11,865 bases of DNA from a virus: UHGV virus genome UHGV-1591674, one strand, 5' to 3'. The notes under the pieces were generated by a model. It saw nothing but the letters and a program-made list of their open reading frames with translations. It had not been told where the DNA came from and searched no databases. Every line of letters begins with the position of its first letter. Position 1 is the stretch's first letter. Positions 1 to 6,011 of this stretch are shown piece by piece. Position numbers and translations under genes: made by a program.

Positions 1-48
1 GATAAAACTCAACAAAAGAGACGTAAGAAGATAACTTACTGAAAAAGG

Positions 49-456
49 TTATTTTTTTTCTGTTCGTTTGCGGGCTTTTAGGAGTTCTTCGAAGAGCTGG
101 TTGAAGTTTTCAACTCGAGCCCGGAGATTTTGGATTTGAGCTTGTTGCTCTGATTCTGGCAAAGAGCGATAGAGCTCAAGCATCTCTTGTTCATCAACGC
201 TTAAAGTTCTCTGCTCTTCAATTGAGACTGGTTCTGCAGGAGTCTGGTCTTCATCACCAAACAAAATCCAAGTAGGGCTGCACTGGAGCACCTTAGCAAG
301 TGCATGCAGGTTCTTACCTGAAGGCTCTGTGTTGTCACTTTCCCATAGCGAAATAGTGGCGTGCGATATCCCGAGAGCTTTTCCAAGATCTCGCTGCGTT
401 AACCCAACATCTTTGCGTCGACGTAATACTCGACGGCCTAAAGTTTCACTATTCAT
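49..456 (-). CDS. Phage repressor, short XRE-family HTH protein (CI-like, lacking an S24 peptidase/autocleavage domain)
   Basis: 135-aa minus-strand ORF, ATG at 456-454 and TAA at 51-49. N-terminal HTH signature LTQRDLGKALGISHATISLWES, then a charged, probably coiled C-terminal tail. Divergent to the cro-like gene. No Shine-Dalgarno upstream, so the mRNA may be leaderless as for lambda cI from PRM. Confidence 0.85.
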   Translation of the reverse strand: MNSETLGRRVLRRRKDVGLTQRDLGKALGISHATISLWESDNTEPSGKNLHALAKVLQCSPTWILFGDEDQTPAEPVSIEEQRTLSVDEQEMLELYRSLPESEQQAQIQNLRARVENFNQLFEELLKARKRTEKK

Positions 457-538
457 GTTTAGATATCTTAATTCTTCTTGACTAAAGAATTCTCACCAAA
501 TAACCTTGTTAAATAAACTCAACAAACGAGGTTGCTTA
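457..538. promoter_or_regulatory. Divergent immunity-region promoter/operator between the repressor and cro-like genes
   Basis: 82-bp AT-rich gap between divergent genes. Inverted repeat AATTCTT (470-476) / AAGAATT (485-491) brackets a -35-like TTGACT (478-483). Cro Shine-Dalgarno ACGAGG at 526-531. On the minus strand a -10-like TAAGAT (plus 465-470) sits immediately upstream of the repressor ATG. Confidence 0.5.
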
Positions 539-778
539 ATGTACAAAATTGATGCCGTGAAATTCTTCGGCACAAACACTCAAGTGGCACATGCTGCTGG
601 CGTCGACCGCTCTGCTGTAAGTCAATGGAAAGAACTTGTTCCCGAGCGCTGTGCTCAGCGTCTCGCTGATGCCTCAAATGGCGCACTCATCTACGACAAA
701 GACGTTTATGACCGTTACCGCCAGGCCAAACGCCTTGGTAAACAGAATACCTGCACAACCAAGAAGGAATCTGATTGA
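539..778 (+). CDS. Cro-like / YdaS-like HTH transcriptional regulator
   Basis: ATG at 539 preceded by ACGAGG. Product MYKIDAVKFFGTNTQVAHAAGVDRSAVSQWKE has the Cro/YdaS-type HTH. The track ORF starts at 506 but the upstream codons lack a ribosome-binding site. Stop TGA 776-778 overlaps the next start (TGATG). Confidence 0.75.
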   Translation: MYKIDAVKFFGTNTQVAHAAGVDRSAVSQWKELVPERCAQRLADASNGALIYDKDVYDRYRQAKRLGKQNTCTTKKESD

Positions 779-1254
779 TGAAAATCAACGAGATTAAATT
801 GCTGGCCATCGAGCTGGAAGAGTGGGCGATGAAGGATGGCAGGAAAGGGGGCTGGAAAAAGATTGTCCCACTGATTACCTCGCATCACTACGGTGATTTG
901 CTGGAAAGTCTGGCGGATATCGTGGACCCGTCAGAGTATGCGCGCCGCCTGCACAACAACACGCAGATCATCCAGCGGGCATTTCGAAATGACACACCGA
1001 ACTATCGTGGCCAGGCAGCTGCGCTTGCGCCAGCAATCAGGGCTGCGATGGATGCAGAGCTGGCTGGTCAGCATGACTTACATAACCTGGTGGCCATTGC
1101 TAACCGCGAGTGCATCGAGGCGACCAGCGCGGTGCTGACTGGTAAGCCAATGCAGGTAATCCGCAAAGAAACGGCAGAGGCAATTCAGGCACTGGCCGAT
1201 CTCATCCCCGGCGTCAGCATTCAGTTCAACCATATTGGTCCGCGCGCGGCGTAA
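778..1254 (+). CDS. YdaT-like / CII-like regulatory protein (function tentative)
   Basis: 158-aa ORF translationally coupled to cro (TGATG overlap), sitting where lambdoid phages carry cII and Rac carries ydaT. Family assignment is from memory of YdaT-like proteins and is not verified. Confidence 0.6.
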   Translation: MKINEIKLLAIELEEWAMKDGRKGGWKKIVPLITSHHYGDLLESLADIVDPSEYARRLHNNTQIIQRAFRNDTPNYRGQAAALAPAIRAAMDAELAGQHDLHNLVAIANRECIEATSAVLTGKPMQVIRKETAEAIQALADLIPGVSIQFNHIGPRAA

Positions 1255-1266
1255 CAGGAGGCTCCC

Positions 1267-1509
1267 ATGCTTGCCCAGGAATTAGTAGACCGCATGAAAA
1301 ATGCGATGAAGCACAAAGTACCGGCGGAGACAGTCGATCGCAGCGCTGAACTGATTCCGGGGATGAAATACCGCAACGAACGCGGACGCATGGTGACGGT
1401 AATGAGAGTTTCTCATCTTCGGGTTATGTACCGATACGAAGGCTATCAGGACATCTGCGAGACCAGTCGCAGAGAGTTTGATTTGAAATTTAAGAAGGTG
1501 CAGCAATGA
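1267..1509 (+). CDS. Small phage protein, DUF4222-like (hypothetical)
   Basis: 80-aa ORF, GGAGG at 1257-1261 five nt before ATG 1267. Stop overlaps the next start (ATGA at 1506-1509). Small basic proteins of this type commonly precede replication genes in enterobacterial prophages. Confidence 0.7.
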   Translation: MLAQELVDRMKNAMKHKVPAETVDRSAELIPGMKYRNERGRMVTVMRVSHLRVMYRYEGYQDICETSRREFDLKFKKVQQ

Positions 1510-2531
1510 GTCTTGATGCCATGCGCTGGGCTAAGAAAGCTAAAACGGGTCGATCGTCTGCCAAGTCAGTTCTGACCTGGATGGCGGACATGTGCGGCGC
1601 AGACTTTACGACATACCCATCAATTGCGGCGCTTGCCGAGGCGACAGAACTGGATAAAAAAACCGTCCAGGCCAGCCTGCAGCATTTGGTGGAAAACGGT
1701 TTTATCCAGGATACCGGAGAGCGCCGCGGACGCACAAAGCAAATCCCCGTTTACAAGCTGGTGGGCGTTGAGGAAAGCATCGAAGACGCAGAACGAACCC
1801 AAAAACGGGAACATTACCAAAAACGGGACACTTTAAAGAAACCCAAAAACGGGACTGTTAAACCAAACGCCCCCAAAAACGGGTGTATTAAAAGCGGTGA
1901 AACGATCCCGTTTTTTCCGTCAAACGATCCCAAAAACGGGATACGGAATCCCCCAGAGGAATCAAAAGACTTAAACCCCACACATAACGCGCGAGAGTCA
2001 GAGGTCGAACCAGTTAACAACAACCCGGTTCCTGAATACCCCGGACAGCCTGGTATGAATTTTCCCGCCGGAGAGTCATATGGGAAGGTCCCAATGACCA
2101 TTGACTGGAAACCGTCGGCTGACTTTCGCCAGCGTGTTGGATTCTGGGGCATAACGATCCCGGATGGACTGAACCTCAGAGCCGAGCTGAACAGCTTCAT
2201 TGCCTACTGGCAGCCAGAGAATAAAGTTTTTTACCAGTCGCAGTGGGAGCAGAAATTTGCCCGCCACCTGCAACAGGCCAAACCCACTAAACCGCGAGGT
2301 AACTCACATGCTGGACTGGATCCAAACTCCACAGCAAACGCAGCTGTACAGCGAGCACGCGCAGCACGCGCTGCACAACTCCGCGCTCGAGGAGAAGGCG
2401 TGGAAGTTCTGGGTTCTCATGCTGGAAATTTACTCCAGCCGATGGGAAACCAAAAACGGATCGGCTCCGTCGGACCTATGGATTGCTCAGATTGGGAATT
2501 TGACCAGCGACCGGATGACGAGCGTCTGTAA
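1506..2531 (+). CDS. Phage replication initiation protein (N-terminal winged-helix/HTH, C-terminal DnaT-like domain)
   Basis: 341-aa ORF. The N-terminus (MSLDAMRWAKK...LVENGFIQDTGERRGRTKQIPVYKL) resembles phage replication-protein HTH domains; the C-terminal region (IDWKPSADFRQRVGFWGI...FIAYWQPENKVFYQSQWEQKFARHL) resembles the DnaT-like ssDNA-binding domain. Iterons lie inside the gene. The last ~75 codons are low-complexity and overlap the P-like gene, so the true 3' end is uncertain. Confidence 0.8.
   Translation: MSLDAMRWAKKAKTGRSSAKSVLTWMADMCGADFTTYPSIAALAEATELDKKTVQASLQHLVENGFIQDTGERRGRTKQIPVYKLVGVEESIEDAERTQKREHYQKRDTLKKPKNGTVKPNAPKNGCIKSGETIPFFPSNDPKNGIRNPPEESKDLNPTHNARESEVEPVNNNPVPEYPGQPGMNFPAGESYGKVPMTIDWKPSADFRQRVGFWGITIPDGLNLRAELNSFIAYWQPENKVFYQSQWEQKFARHLQQAKPTKPRGNSHAGLDPNSTANAAVQRARAARAAQLRARGEGVEVLGSHAGNLLQPMGNQKRIGSVGPMDCSDWEFDQRPDDERL
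1799..1941. repeat. Origin-of-replication iteron array (5 direct repeats of CCAAAAACGGGA plus one inverted partial copy)
   Basis: Direct copies at 1799-1810, 1817-1828, 1843-1854, 1873-1884 (last base T) and 1930-1941. Inverted partial copy TCCCGTTTTTT at about 1906-1918. Each direct copy encodes a PKNG/KNG motif in the initiator protein. Same architecture as lambda ori inside gene O. Confidence 0.65.
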
Positions 2532-2970
2532 CGCGATGGTTGCTCGCTGTGCGGCGGGTAATTCATGGCCACCTGACCTGGCCGAGTTCGTGACGCTGGT
2601 GGCTGACTGTGACGGTGGGAAGCTTGGACTGAAGGTTTCGGACGTTATGGCGGAATACAGGAACTGGCGCAACGAATCTTACCGTTACGCCAGCACTGAG
2701 GAATATTTCATTGACCGCAAATGTAATCCGGTCCTGTACCAGATTTGCACCGAACTTCGCCGAACTGGTGTTGAGCGACAAATGACCCAACCCGAGCTGG
2801 AGAGACTGGCTGCGGACCAACTGGTGAAGTGGGAAAAACACCTGGAGGATGGCAAGCCGATCCCTCCGGTAAGAAAACAGATTGCGGCGCCGCGCCATCC
2901 GGCAGGACCGACACCCGCGCAGCAGCTGCTTGAAGAATACAAACGCCGTAAAGCGGCTGGCTTAATTTAA
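2308..2970 (+). CDS. Replication protein P-like (DnaB helicase loader)
   Basis: The C-terminal region ELERLAADQLVKWEKHLEDGKPIPPVRKQI parallels lambda P ELRRKAADELVHMTARINRGEAIPEPVKQL, and the central WVL...MTSVCNAMVAR region parallels lambda P. Start set at ATG 2308 (GAGG at 2296-2299); the track ORF opens at 2200 but those codons look like out-of-frame readthrough of the upstream gene. ATG 2419 is an alternative start. Confidence 0.75.
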   Translation: MLDWIQTPQQTQLYSEHAQHALHNSALEEKAWKFWVLMLEIYSSRWETKNGSAPSDLWIAQIGNLTSDRMTSVCNAMVARCAAGNSWPPDLAEFVTLVADCDGGKLGLKVSDVMAEYRNWRNESYRYASTEEYFIDRKCNPVLYQICTELRRTGVERQMTQPELERLAADQLVKWEKHLEDGKPIPPVRKQIAAPRHPAGPTPAQQLLEEYKRRKAAGLI

Positions 2971-2983
2971 CCTGGAGAGTTTT

Positions 2984-3646
2984 ATGGAAACCATTTTAGA
3001 CGTACTGAAAGCGATGGAAAAAGCGACTGCCCGTGAAATTGCGGCACGTATGAAAATTGAGCCTGCGGCGGTGATCGGGATGCTGCGTGAACACGAAGAA
3101 CGTAACGAGGTTATTCAGGTTAACGGGTACTGGAAAGTTGCTACCGGGGAAGTTAAATCACAGCCTAACGCGATCAGTTCTGTCAGCAAAGCGCCGGCAA
3201 GTGTATCAGTCAGCGACGTCATCGCATTACTGGCGGAACATGGGCCACAGACATCACTTGAGCTGGCAACACTGGCAGGTATTGAGTCAAAACGTGTGGC
3301 GCCAATGCTGACTCACCACATGACAAAAGGGCGGATCATCCGCGAAAAAGTAGGCAGCAAGTTTGTTTATTCGGTGCCGGCCACTGCGTCAGTGAAAAAC
3401 AAAAGCTCCGCACCACGGGAACCGGAGGCATCAATTCCACCGGTACCAGAAAAATCTGTCACTGAAATTGTTGAGGAAATCCCCGCTTTCGTCAGCCGTC
3501 CTGATGATCTGCTGATCCCAACGGTGCGCGGCATCTCAAATGAAATTCGTCGCACAAAAGCGAAGCTGGCTAACCTGGAAAAACTTCGTGAAGCCGTTCG
3601 CAGCATTCGCAAACACGGCGCGCTGATGCAGGAGCTGGCGCAATGA
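2984..3646 (+). CDS. Hypothetical phage early protein with N-terminal winged-helix-like domain (possibly DUF1627-type)
   Basis: 220-aa ORF, GGAGAG upstream of ATG 2984. N-terminus METILDVLKAMEKATAREIAARMKIEPAAVIGMLREHEE is wHTH-like and paralogous to the N-terminus of the 4085..4339 product. Stop overlaps the next start (ATGA). Confidence 0.8.
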   Translation: METILDVLKAMEKATAREIAARMKIEPAAVIGMLREHEERNEVIQVNGYWKVATGEVKSQPNAISSVSKAPASVSVSDVIALLAEHGPQTSLELATLAGIESKRVAPMLTHHMTKGRIIREKVGSKFVYSVPATASVKNKSSAPREPEASIPPVPEKSVTEIVEEIPAFVSRPDDLLIPTVRGISNEIRRTKAKLANLEKLREAVRSIRKHGALMQELAQ

Positions 3647-3867
3647 AACAGTCTGAGTTAACGCGCTGTCCGACCTGCGGAAATATGCCCGAATACGCGC
3701 TAAAGCCAAACCATATGGGATGGGTATGGGGTGGATTGAAATGTCCGTATGACCATTACCGCGTGAATTTGGATGGTCCAGCCGGTAGCCGCGTGCAGGC
3801 AGAAAAAAAGCTGGCGCCACAGTGGATTGAACTGGTCGAAAAAGTTAATCAGGAGAAATCAGCATGA
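3643..3867 (+). CDS. Small zinc-ribbon-like protein, possibly Lar-family restriction-alleviation protein (tentative)
   Basis: 74-aa ORF translationally coupled on both sides (ATGA overlaps). CPTCG near the N-terminus and CPYDH later resemble the CPFCG-type zinc ribbon of Lar-family proteins. Weak call from memory. Confidence 0.6.
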   Translation: MKQSELTRCPTCGNMPEYALKPNHMGWVWGGLKCPYDHYRVNLDGPAGSRVQAEKKLAPQWIELVEKVNQEKSA

Positions 3868-4088
3868 AAATCGCTTACCAGGACTATGGGGCCGTGGCGA
3901 AAATCGTTATCACCAGTACCGCATTTGAGTTTCGTAAGCATAATCGGGTGGTTGATACCTCCCTGATCTGCACGCCAGGAATAGTTGCAAACCGTAGTGG
4001 AATGTTCTTCATGAAGTCGGTTTTGTCCGGTAAATCCCGCGACATGCTGCGTGCGTACAAAACAATACTGCGGGAGGAAAGACGATGA
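3864..4088 (+). CDS. Hypothetical small phage protein
   Basis: 74-aa ORF, ATG 3864 overlapping the upstream stop, stop overlapping the next ATG at 4085. Sits in a co-directional coupled gene chain. No recognisable motif. Confidence 0.6.
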   Translation: MKIAYQDYGAVAKIVITSTAFEFRKHNRVVDTSLICTPGIVANRSGMFFMKSVLSGKSRDMLRAYKTILREERR

Positions 4089-4339
4089 CTATATTCGAAT
4101 ACATTCAGTCTCACCCAAATACCACCAGCAGTGAAATAGCCAGGAGCATGAATAAAAACCCTTCTTCAGTCTCGGGCATGCTGTCACAACTCTACAGTGC
4201 TGGTCGGATCGTAAAGTCTGGTGTTCGCAGGGGTGTCCCTGCATACCGTGTTAACGATATGCCGTTTGGGTGCAGTAACAGCTTAACCATGATGTTTAAC
4301 CAACTATTGAACAGAGCCAGACAGGGAGCTGCACAATGA
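4085..4339 (+). CDS. Hypothetical winged-helix DNA-binding protein
   Basis: 84-aa ORF. SSEIARSMNKNPSSVSGMLSQLYSAGRI parallels the wHTH segment of the 2984..3646 product. Translationally coupled on both sides. Confidence 0.7.
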   Translation: MTIFEYIQSHPNTTSSEIARSMNKNPSSVSGMLSQLYSAGRIVKSGVRRGVPAYRVNDMPFGCSNSLTMMFNQLLNRARQGAAQ

Positions 4340-4680
4340 GTAAATCTCTGAACGCACGTTGCATCCGTCGCTGGACCGTCGAATTTAAAGGCCGCTGCGA
4401 TTCAAAATACAGTCCGTACTGGCGTAAGCACCACCTTCGCAGTTACATCCGGGAATGCGCCCTGACCACCGCTGATTGCATGGTCGAGCGTATGGCTGAG
4501 GATAATGCGATGGTAGATTTTCAGGGGGCTAATCGAGGATGGTCGCCGGAGTTCTCTGCCTGGTACCACGAACGCCGTGAACAGTATCTCAAAGAGGCGC
4601 GCGACTATCTGAACGAAGACGCCACCAATGACGAGATCGACGAGGAAATCCAGAACGAGCTGGAGGCCTGGAATGACTGA
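4336..4680 (+). CDS. Hypothetical phage protein with acidic C-terminus
   Basis: 114-aa ORF, ATG 4336 overlapping the upstream stop. Acidic C-terminal tail NEDATNDEIDEEIQNELEAWND. Confidence 0.7.
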   Translation: MSKSLNARCIRRWTVEFKGRCDSKYSPYWRKHHLRSYIRECALTTADCMVERMAEDNAMVDFQGANRGWSPEFSAWYHERREQYLKEARDYLNEDATNDEIDEEIQNELEAWND

Positions 4681-4876
4681 GCTGAATTATAACCCGGCAG
4701 ACCCCGATAAAATGCAACTCCCGAAGGGTAAGACCTGCGGCGACTGCGCCCATATCCGTCGCTGTAAGGCAATTTTCGGGCATACCGAAACCGATGCCTA
4801 TTGCGATTGGTCGCCGTCCCGAGCGGTTTTCCGTCAACCATCGAATCCAGAAGGCGGTGACCATGCGATTAATTAA
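4673..4876 (+). CDS. Hypothetical small Cys-rich protein (putative zinc-binding)
   Basis: Start taken at ATG 4673, which overlaps the upstream stop (ATGACTGA); the track ORF opens at 4628. Product MTELNYNPADPDKMQLPKGKTCGDCAHIRRCKAIFGHTETDAYCDW carries a CxxC-x5-C...C pattern. Confidence 0.55.
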   Translation: MTELNYNPADPDKMQLPKGKTCGDCAHIRRCKAIFGHTETDAYCDWSPSRAVFRQPSNPEGGDHAIN

Positions 4877-5105
4877 CCGAGGCAACCAGCAATCCCCGTT
4901 AGCGCGTCAGGCATGCGACATAGCACTGGCCACTCATGCAGAACGTTACGGCGACTATGGCCGCAGCAAGATGAAGGAGACATACACGGTGAGAGTTGAA
5001 GGCGTGAAGGTATGGGTTGAGGTGGTGAACCGTAAGGCGAGCTACGTGGCCACAGCAATGACAGGTATGCGCCGGTTGCGCGCACTTCCGGGTCAGGTTT
5101 CTTGA
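4863..5105 (+). CDS. Hypothetical small phage protein
   Basis: Start taken at ATG 4863 (14-nt overlap with the upstream gene); the track ORF opens at 4794. Its 3' end (5062-5105) overlaps the open methyltransferase-like reading frame. Confidence 0.5.
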   Translation: MRLINRGNQQSPLARQACDIALATHAERYGDYGRSKMKETYTVRVEGVKVWVEVVNRKASYVATAMTGMRRLRALPGQVS

Positions 5106-5214
5106 TATTCGCGCCGAAGAGCACGAGCTGTGCGACGGTCGGCGCCTGGTTATCAGTCCCGACCTGATTTCAGACTTTCGTTCACTGCCGTTCGCTGATT
5201 CTTCTTTTCCAGTT

Positions 5215-5493
5215 GTGGTGTTTGACCCACCGCATCTCGAGCGCGTTGGCCAGTCTGCCTGGATGGGTAAAAAATACGGGCGACTGAACAAAAAAACGTG
5301 GCGCTCTGACTTACGCGCCGGTTTCAAAGAGGCTTTTCGCGTACTGCGGCCACATGGCGTGCTCATATTCAAATGGAACGAGACGCAGATCCCGGTTAGC
5401 CAGATTCTGGCGCTTACAGATGTGAAACCTGCAATTGGTCAGCGTACCGGGAAGAACGACAAAACCCACTGGATTATTTTTGTGAAGGACTAA
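5215..5493 (+). CDS. DNA methyltransferase-like N-terminal fragment (amino-methyltransferase motif IV DPPH; probably truncated or pseudogenised)
   Basis: Product carries SSFPVVVFDPPHL (DPP[YFH] motif IV) and AGFKEAFRVLRPHGVLIFKW (the RVLKPGG-type motif of beta-class N6/N4 methyltransferases), but no FxGxG AdoMet motif. Only 92 aa from the first canonical start (GTG 5215, no Shine-Dalgarno). The frame is open upstream to 5062 with methyltransferase-like sequence. Confidence 0.55.
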   Translation: MVFDPPHLERVGQSAWMGKKYGRLNKKTWRSDLRAGFKEAFRVLRPHGVLIFKWNETQIPVSQILALTDVKPAIGQRTGKNDKTHWIIFVKD

Positions 5494-5496
5494 CTC

Positions 5497-5877
5497 ATGG
5501 CAACTAACAACCACCCGGCGCAAGGTCCTGTATCTGTCGATCGCCTGCACCAGATAAGCGAAATACTCAGCAAAGCAGCAGCACAAAGCGACGGCGGTAA
5601 TCTCGGCTACGCAATGGCTGATGCTGTGAAGGTTATCGACGAGTTGCTGTCGGTGCGGAAGACGGCGGCGCAGGAAGCGGTGTATCAGGTATTAGACGAT
5701 GGAAGTTGGACTGATTACAGCAAACAGCAACTGGAGGTCCTGCTTGAATCGAAACCATCCACACTTTTCCGAGTTGCCTACCCATCTCCAAGTTTAACGC
5801 AGCCAGCGCCGGTAGTGGATGATGCTGTGAAGGTGATTGAATGGGTGCTTGAAGCGAGGAATGCGGGGTCGGAATAA
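5497..5877 (+). CDS. Hypothetical phage protein with internal duplicated motif
   Basis: 126-aa ORF. GAAGGA seven nt upstream of ATG 5497. Internal repeat ADAVKVIDELL / DDAVKVIEWVL. Followed by an intrinsic terminator. Confidence 0.7.
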   Translation: MATNNHPAQGPVSVDRLHQISEILSKAAAQSDGGNLGYAMADAVKVIDELLSVRKTAAQEAVYQVLDDGSWTDYSKQQLEVLLESKPSTLFRVAYPSPSLTQPAPVVDDAVKVIEWVLEARNAGSE

Positions 5878-5916
5878 ACAAATAATTAATGCATTGAATG
5901 AATTGTCCATAGAATG

Positions 5917-5948
5917 AAAAACCATCTTATCACGATGGTTTTTTTATT
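5917..5948 (+). terminator. Rho-independent terminator
   Basis: Stem ACCATC (5921-5926) / GATGGT (5934-5939) with loop TTATCAC, flanked by an A-run upstream and a T-run downstream (5940-5946). Marks the transition from GC-rich phage genes to the AT-rich insertion. Confidence 0.6.
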
Positions 5949-6011
5949 ATTTATGGGATAGAAAGAGGGGGTATAAGTTATCTACCTGAAAATAAAAATC
6001 GAGTTAATCAA

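Noticed and set aside
893-1138. 81-aa plus-strand ORF nested in another frame inside the YdaT-like gene, and similar nested ORFs (1624..1836, 3087..3311, 9066..9521, 9558..9899)
   Set aside because: They are internal out-of-frame ORFs within well-supported genes, with no ribosome-binding site and Arg/Trp/Ser-rich composition typical of off-frame translation of GC-rich sequence.
1799-1941. Possible CRISPR array suggested by short direct repeats
   Set aside because: The repeats are 12 bp, irregularly spaced and lie inside a replication initiator gene. That fits origin iterons, not a CRISPR repeat-spacer array.
2200-2307. N-terminal extension of the P-like ORF back to 2200
   Set aside because: These codons are an alternative-frame reading of the conserved DnaT-like domain of the upstream gene. 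ATG 2308 has a GAGG ribosome-binding site and is where P-like similarity begins.
5090-5106. Programmed +1 ribosomal frameshift joining ORF 4863..5105 to the methyltransferase frame
   Set aside because: The sequence GTT TCT TGA T does not match the known prfB-type CTT TGA C slippery context, and no suitably placed Shine-Dalgarno stimulator is evident. Kept only as a remote possibility under the methyltransferase-fragment finding.
1282-5586. Many minus-strand ORFs of 60-157 aa in the track (for example 1814..2200, 2563..2898, 4899..5372, 5311..5586)
   Set aside because: They lie antisense to plus-strand genes that have ribosome-binding sites, translational coupling and recognisable motifs. Their products are low-complexity (Arg/Ser/Pro-rich) and have no start context, so they are shadow ORFs.
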